Positions 38,576 to 50,149 of a DNA stretch of 64,000 bases are shown piece by piece. This stretch comes from Phoronis australis (Eukaryota; Animalia; Phoronida): NCBI GenBank assembly GCA_002633005.1, contig NMRA01000407.1, positions 230,666 to 294,665 on the forward strand, given 5' to 3'. Numbering within the stretch: the first letter of the stretch is position 1; the number at the start of each line of letters is the position of its first letter. The notes beneath the pieces are model-generated. The model was not told the DNA's origin, ran no database searches, and saw nothing but the letters and a program-made list of their open reading frames with translations. The position numbers were made by a program, and so were the translations under genes.

Positions 38576-39539
38576 GTGGGTAGTCAGTCGCCAGTCCAGG
38601 GAGTCTAAATCCCTTGCTGGCCCAGTTAGGTATTCCTGTTACTCAGAAATAGGTGTTTCCACTGTGTTTGTGATCCCAGACCTTCATCTGGAGTTATCTC
38701 ACCTTGCCAGAGAAACACAGGCAATAAGTATTATTGGTGGAGATTTTTAAAGTCAAATTCAGCACCATCTTTAAAGACCGATTTTTAGTTTTGCCTTGAA
38801 GTCTTGTTTTTTAGTTTTCGAGGTAGTGTTCCTTTTTTACCACTACAATAGAGCTTGGTGGTTGCATCACTGGCTGAATTTATTTTATTTTGAGTTATNT
38901 TATGTGCAAATTATAGCTCTAACATACACTCTGGAAGTTACTTAAAACATTTTCTATGATGCTAAATGTTAAGGACAACAGCATTTGCTTAGTTGACTGA
39001 ATTGTAGTTTTCTCATTAAAGGCTGCATTGAATGATGATGAACACTATCTCATTCTCTTTGAAACACAAAGTAATTTTTCTGGCTGGCTACAGTTGGAGT
39101 CGACATTGTTAAGGCGGGAGTCCTTACTGAATATGTGATAACATCAAGTATAGGATAAGTTTATCTTAAAGACCATCGCACTTAATTAATTTGCAATACT
39201 AGGTTCTATTACCATGATTGCTTTTAGACATGTGGTTGTGTTGCGTGGCAATATCATGATATAACTGGAACCATTTTGATGAGTTACTTCTTGAAAGATA
39301 TTCTCACGGGTTAGCTGGTCCCAGTATCCTCAGGCATAGTGTCTCACGGGTTAGCTGGTCCCAGTATCCTCAGGCATAGTGTCTCACAGGTTAGCTGGTC
39401 CCAGTATCCTCAGGCATAGTGTCTCACGGGTTAGCTGGTCCCAGTATCCTCAGACATAGTGACGCAGCATGCTGCTCTGTATTATATCTTGAAAAAATTC
39501 ACGATTCATAATTAATCATTTGCACCAATCACCTTGCAG

Positions 39540-39660
39540 TACGTTCGCCGACTGCAAAACTTCCGAGCAGAGCAGCCCCACCAACATGCTATTTACTATT
39601 GCTCGCTGCTGGTCACCGAACATGCCTGGACCAAGGCTGAACTACTGGACGTCATGGATG
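39540..39660 (+). CDS. IDE: IDE exon (copy B of 32521-32641)
   Basis: Same peptide, 2 synonymous differences, intact AG/GT. Confidence 0.85.
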
Positions 39661-40006
39661 GTATATAGTACACAATTTACTGTTGTAGTTTTAGGGATAG
39701 TTATATAATAGTAACAGTAAATAGAATTTCTAGCTACAGTAAACTCCTTCCTTCGAAGTAACCAAATTTTTATTAATGTCACTTTTTAAAATTGGGCATA
39801 AAATGCTCCTAGCTCAGGTTAGAAGTGATTTTTGTGCTTAAGGAGAACCAACAGTTAGGTGGTTACTTCAGACCAGGTTTAATAAGTTGCCTTGAACCAG
39901 CTGGTTGTTGCATGTGCCGAGCATGGTCTCATGTAGCAACAAACTGTCTGTTCTTCCCAAATCACTTCTAATCTGAGAAAGGAACAAGTTGAGATGAGTT
40001 TTTTAT

Positions 40007-40137
40007 GGTAAGTGGTCTGTTAGTAAGTGGTATGTTAGTAAGTGGTCTGTTAGTAAGTGGTCTGTTAGTAAGTGGTCTGTTTGTAAGTGGTCTGTTAGTA
40101 AGTGGTCTTTTAGTAAGTGGTCTGTTAGTAAGCGGTG
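40007..40137. repeat. 15-bp minisatellite (TTAGTAAGTGGTCTG) ~9 units; ~4 units in copy A at 33003-33058
   Basis: Direct observation. Confidence 0.93.
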
Positions 40138-40228
40138 CAAGAAAGTTAACAGTATTCTTTTGCATATATCTTTTATTCCATGCTTTGTAATTACATACTA
40201 TTTATTGTGAATTTTATGGTGTTTTCAG

Positions 40229-40320
40229 AGGTGACCATCGAAGCCCTTGAAGATTTCATTCCACGTTTGTTATCAAAAATCCATATTGACAGTTTGATAT
40301 ATGGTAACATGACTAAACAG
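40229..40320 (+). CDS. IDE: IDE exon (copy B of 33150-33241)
   Basis: VTIEALEDFIPRLLSKIHIDSLIYGNMTKQ (R>H versus copy A); AG/GT. Confidence 0.85.
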
Positions 40321-40686
40321 GTACTGGATAGTAATGAGTCATTTGATAGTAACAACTTGTTTGGTTGTTCATATAAAAATACTGTTTTAGGAAGCTTTTA
40401 AGAATGCTTGTAGTTAAAACCAGTTTTGAAAGTGTCAAACACTTGTTAATTGTATCCCTCTCCGTTCTAGTAGAAAATGTATTAAATACGTAACTGTCAA
40501 AATCTAAGCCGTTTTTGGAACTGTTCAAGCTTGGGAGAATTTTTACTGCACATAATGCGTTACTTTAACTGTTCATTGATATCAAGTAAGACAATTACTG
40601 CTTCTAAGATTCATCTTCCTTAATTTGCAAATGTCTTGAAAATAGGATGTGGGAACCTTTAAAGTTGTTATGTTTTGCTATTATAG

Positions 40687-40798
40687 AGGGCGCTGTATAT
40701 GAACACCATTGTAGTGAAGGCTTTACAAGAGAAAATGAACAGTAAGCCGTTGTTACCAAGTCAACAAAAGAAGATGAGAGAGGTCCAGTTACCCGATG
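40687..40798 (+). CDS. IDE: IDE exon (copy B of 33615-33726)
   Basis: Same peptide, 1 synonymous difference; AG/GT. Confidence 0.85.
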
Positions 40799-41484
40799 GT
40801 ATGAGATTTTAGAGATTTTATTCTCTGTGTCAGAGCAGTTATTTTGCAGTTTCAGCACCATTTGAAACCCAGGTTTACCACAAGGCCTTCTGAGTATTTC
40901 TACATTTTGCAACTTAATGGCCTTTACAGCTAGGCAGATGGCAACCAATTTTGTCTGGTCATAAGAAGATCAATTCTAACACAGATTTTCCTCTTGTGTT
41001 TCTAGTTCATGCGCTATAGTTTGTGTGTGTGTGTGCAAAGTCTTCATAATATTCCACAAAGTCTGTGTAATATTCTGTAAAGTCTGCGTACTGTTCCGCA
41101 AAGTCTGCATAATATTCTGCAAAGTCTGTGTAATATTCCGCAAAGTCTGCATAATATTCCGCAAAGTCTGTGTATTATTCCGCTGTCAGTGCGGAATATT
41201 CCGCATGGCAAAACTGAGCTGCTAATTAAGAAAAAACATTGTAAACAGTCATGTTTAGGGTAAGGTATAGATTTGTTTCATACCTGTCCATTTTTTAACG
41301 GCCTAAAGTGGATATAAAAAAGTGCGGAACCGTTCCGTCCACTTTGAGACTAAATATAAGAAAGTCTCATTTGAAAAAAATCACCTTTAGTATAGTCATG
41401 TTACTGATTGACAGGTTGCTCCAGCTACTTACTATTAGTGTAGTCAGTCCACACTAGTTATGTACTCATGTTACTGATTGACAG

Positions 41485-41652
41485 GTTGCTCCTACTGCTA
41501 CCAGTGTAGTAATGACGTGCACACTAGTACATCACTGGAAATCTACTATCAGTGTAACATGCAGGAGACTCGCAACAACATGCTACTAGAACTGTTCTGT
41601 CAGGTGATACAAGAGCCCTGCTTTGACACCCTGCGCACCAAGGAACAGCTGG
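41485..41652 (+). CDS. IDE: IDE exon (copy B of 37935-38102)
   Basis: Appears identical to copy A. Confidence 0.85.
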
Positions 41653-42000
41653 GTAAGACAAAGGGACTCACAGGTGTATGATCATGTGGTTGAGACTAGA
41701 TTAATGTTGGTAAATATAGCCTAGCTATTGCCTTGAATTCATCAATATTCTTAGTAATTATGGAATTTTTCATTTAAGGTATGATTTCAATAGTGTACAA
41801 CCAGTTACCCTATAATTTCCTTGCATGGATTCTTAGATAGTGTGTGTTATGCATTCAGTAATAGAATTGAGGCACTGTCCAGAAAAACACCCACCCTGTT
41901 CGTAAATATTTTAAATGATCATAAAAGTTTATTTCTGATAACTACATCTAACTTCAATTTATGTTGTATTGTTTTTATTGTGTCCTTATTGTTTGTTCAG

Positions 42001-42125
42001 GCTATATTGTGTTCAGCGGTATTCGACGGTCAAGTGGCGTCCAAGGTCTCAGGGTCATAGTTCAGTCTGACCGGTCACCCGAATACGTGGAGTCTAGGGT
42101 AGAGGCCTTCTTGCACAGTGCACAG
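42001..42125 (+). CDS. IDE: IDE exon (copy B of 38451-38575)
   Basis: Appears identical to copy A. Confidence 0.85.
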
Positions 42126-42446
42126 GTGGGTAGTCAGTCGCCAGTCCAGGGAGTCTAAATCCCTTGCTGGCCCAGTTAGGTATTCCTGTTACTCAGAAAT
42201 AGGTGTTTCCACTGTGTTTGTGATCCCAGACCTTCATCTGGAGTTATCTCACCTTGCCAGAGAAACACAGGCAATAAGTATTATTGGTGGAGATTTTTAA
42301 AGTCAAATTCAGCACCATCTTTAAAGACCGATTTTTAGTTTTGCCTTGAAGTCTTGTTTTTTAGTTTTCGAGGTAGTGTTCCTTTTTTACCACTACAATA
42401 GAGCTTGGTGGTTGCATCACTGGCTGAATTTATTTTATTTTGAGTT

Positions 42447-42760
42447 ATGTGGGACCCTAGAATAAATTCTAAATTTTGGCTAACTTCAGAACGTCATATC
42501 TCAGAAGTGAGTGATTAGATTCACATGAAACTTTCACCTACTTTGTTTTGCATGAGGGAGTATCATTAACTAGAACTTCTAGGATTTCTGTGAAAAAAGT
42601 TCAAAAGTTGCCTAAGATGAAAATGAAATGATAATTTAGAAAACTGGTTTTGAGATTCATCTTAAACATTTATACTAAGCAAAATTTGTTCTTGTTATTG
42701 GTACACTGTTGTTTTGTTATTTACACATTTTTTGCTAAATTTTACTAAAACACACGGTCA
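42447..42760 (+). repeat. Dispersed repeat, related to 8118-8490
   Basis: atgtgggaccc..aaattttggctaacttcagaac..aaatgataatttagaaaactgg. Confidence 0.7.
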
Positions 42761-42915
42761 TGGGGACCCCTATTAATGGCATATTGATGAAAAGTGAGTC
42801 ATGGGACCCCTATTAATGGCATATTGATGAATTCTGCAGACATAGCTCTTTCAGAAAATATATAATTTTATTGAGTTAAAATATACGCTTTCTAAATAGT
42901 TACACAGACTTGTCA

Positions 42916-43108
42916 ATATGCCTTACACATCCTGAATTTGATGTAAATATGCCTTACACATCCTGAATTGGATGTAAATATGCCTTACACATCCTGAATT
43001 GGATGTAAATATGCCTTACACATCCTGAATTTGATGTAAATATGCCTTACACATCCTGAATTGGATGTAAATATGCCTTACACATCCTGAATTTGATGTA
43101 AATATGCC
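42916..43108. repeat. 31-bp minisatellite x6
   Basis: aatatgccttacacatcctgaatt(t/g)gatgta repeated. Confidence 0.95.
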
Positions 43109-43796
43109 ATGCAAATTGGCTAGTCAAAAAGCAGTGACAGAAACAAATTTAAAGTTTTCTGTAATTTTTGCTGGAATAATCTGAATGCAAATTCACCACC
43201 TGGGTAGTAATTCTGCTTCTGCCTACTGACATTGCATGTGAATTTTGTGCTTGTTGTTTGAACTTTTTGTTGACAGGAAGTGAGACATGAATGAAGTATT
43301 CTGCGTCTTGAAGAATGGAAAAAGTATGCTCCGTTCTCAAAAAATTGTGTATGCCTTTTCCATTTTTCCCTGTAAAATTCCTCCTGCAAACGAGGAACAT
43401 CGACGATCAGAAGCACTGAGGTCCGTTCTTGCTCACGCTTTTTGCCAGAAAATTCCGACTTCCATCTGTTTACAGTACTTCCTGTTGTAATTTAAGTGCG
43501 TGTTTGCTGTGTGCTGACTGCTGAGGGTGGAAAATGCACTGATGTCACGAAATAAATGGAACAATTGTGAACCAAAAGTATTGAAAACTGTTAGCAATTT
43601 AAAGTTTGGAAGTCACCACAAATTTGAAACGAACTTCGGAGGAATTATTGTCTAACTTTCATACTCGCTGTGGCGACTTTGTGGTGACTTTGGATTTTTC
43701 CCAGGTCCCAGGCACAATCTCAGGTTGCCAAATCGAGTACTGGATTATTAATTTCTCTCACCTTTTAAAGTAGTTTTTCTTTCACCTGTATTTCAG

Positions 43797-43944
43797 GAAA
43801 TGTTGACTGATATGGATGAAGCTATGTTCAATAAACACGTGACTGCCTTGGCCACCAAGCGGTCAGAAAAACCAAAAAAATTAAGTTCTCAAAATGCCAA
43901 ATACTGGACAGAAATCGTATCGGAGCAGTACAATTTTAATCGAG
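43797..43944 (+). CDS. IDE: IDE exon
   Basis: EMLTDMDEAMFNKHVTALATKRSEKPKKLSSQNAKYWTEIVSEQYNFNR; AG/GT. Confidence 0.96.
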
Positions 43945-45504
43945 GTAGGCATTTGGGTAGCTTGTACTTTTTGTATAGTTTGATCATCTTGCTGCTTTGT
44001 TGTTATTTAAAACAACAATAAACCTGCGTTTGGCCGTCAAATTTGAGTATTGATTTAGACCGTTAGTCCTTCCTCAGTTGAGGAATGCTTTCTTGGCACT
44101 GAAAGAACTGAGAGGTGGTTGGTAGTCTGACACTATGCTCAACACACTGAGACAAGCCAACTTATTTAGCTTGATCTCCAACAGTAACAAGCTACCAGTC
44201 CTACTTAAATTCAGGATTCTGTGTTAATGGAGTAAGGAACATGTAAGCAGGAGGTGGTCTAAATGAACAGTTATTGTTTTGACATACAACAGGTTTATAG
44301 CCACTTAACTGTGCATACAATGCACTCCAAACGTTATCAGACAAAATGCCTGTTCCTGGTCATGACAGTTAATGGTCTGTGATGATGGGTCATTCTAAGT
44401 ACTCTCAAGGTGAATTCTGCTTAGACATCATGGTGGGAATTATGGGTAATTTTGCCGGAGTCTGTACTGATTACTTCATTTTCAGGAGCATATATTTTAG
44501 TGTTTCAAATGATACATTGCATATTTTATTGTCAACATTTCAAAATATTTTATTAATGGGGAAAGCAACCCTCTGTACTCAAGGGCTGCTAGTGCATTCG
44601 TATTACTATTAGTATTCCATCTTTTCTCATTAGCTGTGACTCTTTTCTCATGTGCCGAAATTAATAATACAATTGGTTTCTCCAGTTGTAATGTAAAGAC
44701 AGACTGATACGTTGTATCAAGTTATGCTACGTTGTGTCAGGCACATTCAACTGGAGCCTTCTGTCAGTTGTGAAAGGAAATGTGGTTTGTGAGAAAAGAA
44801 CTGAAATGGAATAGATTAGAAAAGAACTGAAGTGGAATAGATTAGAAAAGAACGTGTATGAAAAGACTAAGTGAGACTAGGACAGTGTTAATGAGAACAC
44901 CAGTGTGGGCTGTGAGGGGGGGATTTTCTACCTTTAATAAATCCTGATTAAATGACAAAGCACTTTGTATGAAGTTTTGCTATTTTATTTTTCTTGATAT
45001 TTTTTCTTTTGTTTTGAATGTTGCAGAGAGAATCTGATTTCCGTCATAATGGAATATCAGTGGAGTTCACAGAATCAGACTTGTTTCAAGGCAGGTTTCA
45101 AATATAGGCCTAACAGATACCATAATTCAAATATTTTTGGTTTTTATATGCCATAAAACTAGGACTACAATCCATCAAATTTGTTGTCCGGGACCGATTC
45201 TGATAAGTCAATCATTGAATGTTTTGCAGCAGACATGTTCAAGTATTTGAAGAAGCGTTGTTCTTTTTCCAATTTTGAGGAACAGTCATCATGCCACACA
45301 ACAAGGTTTTTGAAAACTGGAGATGTGACATAACGGCATTTTTCAGAATGTTTTATCTTGTTTATTACTTTAAAAAATTTAACTTTACATTTTGTAAAAC
45401 GGATTTCTGTGTTTTTGATGACCGAAAATCAGGTTCTCCGGTCCCATATGTTTTCCTTTATCCCTTGGAAGTGAAGTTTTGCATGCTGCTGCTTTCAATT
45501 TCAG

Positions 45505-45566
45505 ATGAAATAGAAGTGAATTATCTGGCTACAATTACAAAGGAAGATTTGATACAGTTTTACAAG
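45505..45566 (+). CDS. IDE: IDE exon
   Basis: (D)EIEVNYLATITKEDLIQFYK; AG/GT. Confidence 0.96.
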
Positions 45567-46415
45567 GTGAGATGCATAATCTTCATTTGTCATATTTAAT
45601 GGTGTAATGTACATTTCTTGTTGCACTGCCTTATAAACCCAACACACCTAAAAGCTCCAACTGTCTCAGTTGGTGGGAGGTCCCTGCTTTAAAAAGAATT
45701 TGTAAGATGCTCCCGACCTTCCACCCACCCGATAAAAACTCCTGCCTTGAATTGTTAATTACAAATATTTAAACATAATTACAAAACCTTTCAGAAAGGT
45801 TTAAAATGCATCTCGGAGCATCTTATTTCAAAAAACTTTTTAACCCACCTAGATTGGCTTTGAGCTTACGGCGCTCGTCTCTGCGCCTTCATCGCTCAAT
45901 TTACTCCCTCCTCAGGAATTTCAAGAAGGAAGAGTCTACCTCTTTCACATTTTTCAAGTTAGAGCCTCTGCACATTGTAATGATGTCCTATGTATATTAC
46001 AGTAAAATATTTAATGCTATGAGGTTGTGCCACACTATGAAATAAAATGTAGCTCGTTAGCAACTGACACTTATTTTTTCTGAATAAACTAAGTTGTTAT
46101 ATTTGCCAAATATTGTAATAATAGTTACATGTCAGCTTATGAAACACAGGACATTGCTGAAAATAGCGTCATAACTAATATCAAATGGTGTACAAATTCA
46201 ATTCAGTGTCAAAAAACAATGTTCTTTACACTATAAAATGTTTATATTTTTTACTTTTTGAAATATGATTTGAGCTATTGAGTTTTACCATCACCGACAT
46301 CTTCTTTTCAAATCAAGAAGATTCGGGAAAATTGTTGTTTATAAAAATTTAGTTCACATTGAAGACTGTTTTGTATGTCACATGATGTTCATTCGCTTGT
46401 CCTTGTCTTTATCAG

Positions 46416-46553
46416 GAGCTGATAGCATACAATGCACCATGCCGACACAAGGTGGCAGTGCATGTGGTGTCCGGGGTGCCATCTGGTGTGGACTCTGTGC
46501 AGGACAGAGAGGATTGTACTGATGGGTTGATACCCGCCCCTTCCTACTGTCAG
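46416..46553 (+). CDS. IDE: IDE exon
   Basis: ELIAYNAPCRHKVAVHVVSGVPSGVDSVQDREDCTDGLIPAPSYCQ; AG/GT. Confidence 0.93.
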
Positions 46554-47149
46554 GTATGGTGTTACTGGTGTTAAACAGCATATCCGAGTCAAAATTGCCT
46601 TGGGGGTTAGAGCGTATCCTAATGAAAATTGTATGCATGCCTGATGAACTTTTTACAGTTTCACAAGTGGAGCCATGTGCATTGCATTATGGGAGGTTTG
46701 TCATTAGGTACCAGTTTTCACAGACAGGTCCAATTTTGAATACACCCAGTGGCATATATTTGGGGAAATATGCCTGGTTGAATCCTAAAACTTTAACCAG
46801 TTTCATAGGATATGGACAACAAGACCATAACTAAAAGTAAATTTTCAAAAAGAAACACCTATACCTGCGGAGACAATCATGCATCTACATTGTTGTGTAT
46901 CTACTCTCTTGGTTTCAATTTGCTCGCATTACAAACCAGTCTTGTCTGATTTTACTGAAATATTGTTTCTCAGACTTTGTTCTCATGTTGGTTGTATCTG
47001 GTGAGGAAATCAGGGACACTGCAGACACATTAATGTCAGGCCGTGGATTGTTAATTAATTACATCTGGCACTGCCAGACATGTGCAGTTCTTCTGTATTT
47101 TCATTGTCATGTAGCATAGTCACGTTTATTCAGTCTTATATTAATTCTG

Positions 47150-47381
47150 TTAATAAAAACAACCATGGTTTTAAGTCAACTTGACATGTTTCGGTACACC
47201 ACAGGTTGTCATTTTTGGTCTAGTTGATTGTCACTCCCTGTAACTGACTGTATCTGTGCTTCATTACTTGTTGCTGGGCCTAGCTAGGTGGCCACTATAT
47301 TCTCTCTTCTGATGATGGTGTTTGAATAAATGACACCAAAACATGTCAAGTCGACTTAAAATCGTGGTTGCTTTTATTAAT
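47150..47381. mobile_element. Probable Penelope-like pseudo-LTR remnant with inverted arms
   Basis: 47150-47195 is the reverse complement of 47335-47381; CTGATGA-stem-(G>A)AAAC motif at 47309-47342. Confidence 0.5.
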
Positions 47382-47685
47382 ATATGCTGCCACTTGCTAT
47401 CATGGAGATCTTAATATATTAATTCTATATTAATCAACATCTCTCATTGATCATCATGGCTCAAGGAGCATATAGTTCAAGAGTATCCGTCCTTATTGTA
47501 AAAAACATTCAGAATTTGTTTGAAGCATCATAATTGGCCTAAGTTACAACTTGTGATAGCTTTAAACCTGAGTCCTCTCGCACACAGTCCAAAAACACAT
47601 GGCTCGTAAACAACAACATAAATCTGCCATAATGATTGTAATTGATATGGCCTGAGGGGAATCATTAGAGAATAGCCTCCTTTAA

Positions 47686-49683
47686 AGGAGAATGCCACTC
47701 GATTTCATTAGTCTTTTTTACCATCTTAATCGGTCTATATCCACATCACCTCATATACAGTCGATCTTACCTCCCTGAGAGGTGTCGCGTTAACCTGTGA
47801 GGAAGGTGAGAAACGACACAGCGATGTCAGTGGTCCGTTTGCAGAGTGAGAGCCACTATTGGTGTGGTGCGTCGTTCCCGCTTATGCGAACTGTGAAGCT
47901 GCGAGGAAAGCGGGTATATTGTTTTTTCGATTTCCTCGAGATCCCATAATGCTTCAGAAGTGGCTCGCTGTTAATACCAAGTATGAGGCCGTGAAACTTC
48001 TCCGTGTCTATCAGTAGCCTGCATTTCGTGGGATCGGTTGTTGATCGGTTTTTGGTTATGGAGAATTGTAATTCGCCATGAAAACATAAACAATTACAAT
48101 TTATTCAAGGGGTGAGAACATAACGTGTTATATAACCTGTTTGATGACTGACTCGTTCATGAGGCTTCTGTTTGATCCTCTGGGTGTAGAATGTTTTCTC
48201 CAGTTCTTTTTCTCAGCCCTATAAAAACGTCGTAAGCTCACCTCTGTTTAGAACCGGTGCAAAATCAGGATGGTCCGTGCGACCATAGATACTCGTAGTC
48301 TATGGTGGGACACACCTGCACTTCTCCAGGAAGGCGTTCCTCTTGCTTAATTTCATGGCAGCAAATCCAAGCGTTGTTATTTCCATTGTCGTGCAGTTAG
48401 CTAACTGACACCATGACAATCAGTTATTCAAACGGTTTTCGGAATTACTATCTATATGTTCCGTTGTCTGTGCACATTCACGGAGCCTCTTTATTGTTTC
48501 TTGATCAGGGTATTCTGGTTCGAACTGATTGCCTGTGAAACCTAACGATCGTCGAATGAGCACTCGTCTAAGTCAGGATTGCAAGTTGCCATGTTGACGT
48601 TTATTATTGTGCGTTCTCTGTTTTGAAATGAATTATTCTCACCCTAACAAATGCTTTTATAAAACTGAAACAAAGTCCGTCTCATTAGATGCAATTTGTA
48701 ATGCCTTGGAGTGTTTGTGAGTACAAATGTTTTGAGAAGCCAGCAATGAACAAATCACTGCATTACCGGCTTTAGATGCAATAAACTAATTGACCGGGGA
48801 CCGAGGCCTTGTCGTGAGCGCATGCTCATTCAGTGTTTGCTGAGAGAAAGGTGTTGTGAAAAAATAACTTGATTTTATATCCTATGGTCAGATTTTAGGG
48901 GAATCATTATTTAGATTTTATATGCATTATTTGAACCATTGTTACTGTACAGTTTTTGCACTGACAGTTCTGTGGGAGATAAACTGGACTTCCTAGCCCT
49001 TGACTAGCTATAATAGTAAGTAGATTTGCAGTTTCGCGGCTAATTCATCAAAATAACCACGAACACATTTTTCTTTGGCTCATTAGTATAGCCTTTTTCG
49101 TGACTGGAAGTTTAGTTTCCAACTTTGGCTGGTTTATGTCCGTGATGTCTTCAGTCCAGCCGCGATGGGCCTGATCCGAGTTACGAGCCACTGGCCAGGA
49201 TAGCAAGCGTTTTGTGTTTTTAGAACTGAAAAAATCGCAAGTCTAAAATTACAACGCACAGCTATGTTCTCCTGTCTGAATAATTGGAATTTATCAGCGA
49301 ACAGACCCCTAACTCCCGCGATCGACCTTGGTAAATTGGTCTACCAAACTTTGTAGGCTACGGTATGTTCAGATACGTAAAACTCCGTAAAAGCGATATA
49401 AAATAACATTTTTGCTCAATAACTTGATGTATTTGTAAGGGTTTTACATCGAATTTTGTTGATTTAGTGGTGTAAAGTGATGAATTTAAGCGATAAGCTA
49501 ACACTAGTAAGCGTGTTGTGAACTGCTGAACAGACTGCATTCGAACCTCTGACGTCATTGGTTAATTTCAATAGCTCCGTCTGCCGTCAGGTGTCAGGTA
49601 AAAGAGCTGCACTTGCCATTATGGAGTGGAACTACTTGATCTAAATTGATACAAACTAGGTTGTTTTTGGGAAGCATTCTCCT
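47686..49683 (-). mobile_element. Kolobok-type DNA transposon (2.0 kb, non-autonomous) carrying a P2X7-C-terminal-like pseudogene
   Basis: TTAA-AGGAGAATGC ... GCATTCTCCT-TTAA (10-bp TIR, TTAA TSD, purine-purine start). Confidence 0.8.
48240..48592 (-). pseudogene. Frameshifted Cys-rich P2X7-ballast/nanor-like domain fragment
   Basis: Minus-strand pieces NQFEPEYPDQE, NRL..WCQLANCTTME, ICCHEIK, VC..TDHPDFAPVLN occur in the expected order. Confidence 0.6.
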
Positions 49684-49734
49684 TTAACTTCATGTAACTT
49701 GACTGGTATGTCGACACTTGCTGTCTTAATGTAT

Positions 49735-49775
49735 ATATCCTGATGATGTCTTATGAATAGACGAAACGTTCAATG
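49735..49775 (+). other. Minimal hammerhead-ribozyme-like core (Penelope type)
   Basis: CTGATGA-T-GTCT(TATGAAT)AGAC-GAAA-CGTT; stem I not convincingly paired. Confidence 0.4.
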
Positions 49776-50149
49776 AATTTGAAATTTTTTGTTTGTGCGG
49801 TGATTGCCCCTTTTTTAATGCTACTATGGCCAAAAGCTGATGTTATTAAAATATATACAAATAGTAACATTTTACACTCACACACTGTGTTATTTGACGT
49901 GTTGTTTATGTTTTGGTTATGATAAAATATTCCCTCTTTAGTAAGGCATATAATATGAATGACTGATGACTTGAAGTTAGTGGCTTCTGACAGCAGGCAA
50001 TGTCCTTTTGTGTTGAATGTCTAACCATGTCCTTGTACAGTGCTCACCAAAAGTACTCAGACAAAATGACCCATCATGACTCCAGGGCCGATGACAAAGT
50101 CATCGCCGGAGTAGGTTTCCCTCATGAGAGTGAATGGTAATTAACAGGA

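Larger units (their letters stand above)
31820..38898 (+). repeat. Tandem intragenic duplication, copy A (5 IDE exons plus a 3.3-kb insertion)
   Basis: Collinear with 38900-42448; N at 38899 marks the junction. Confidence 0.95.
38900..42448 (+). repeat. Tandem intragenic duplication, copy B
   Basis: Collinear with 31820-38898 minus the 3.3-kb insertion; last ~980 bp look identical to copy A. Confidence 0.95.

Noticed and set aside
50041-50140. Possible extra or alternative last IDE exon after ccttgtacag
   Set aside because: In-frame TGA after 12 codons and no IDE similarity; no support without RNA data
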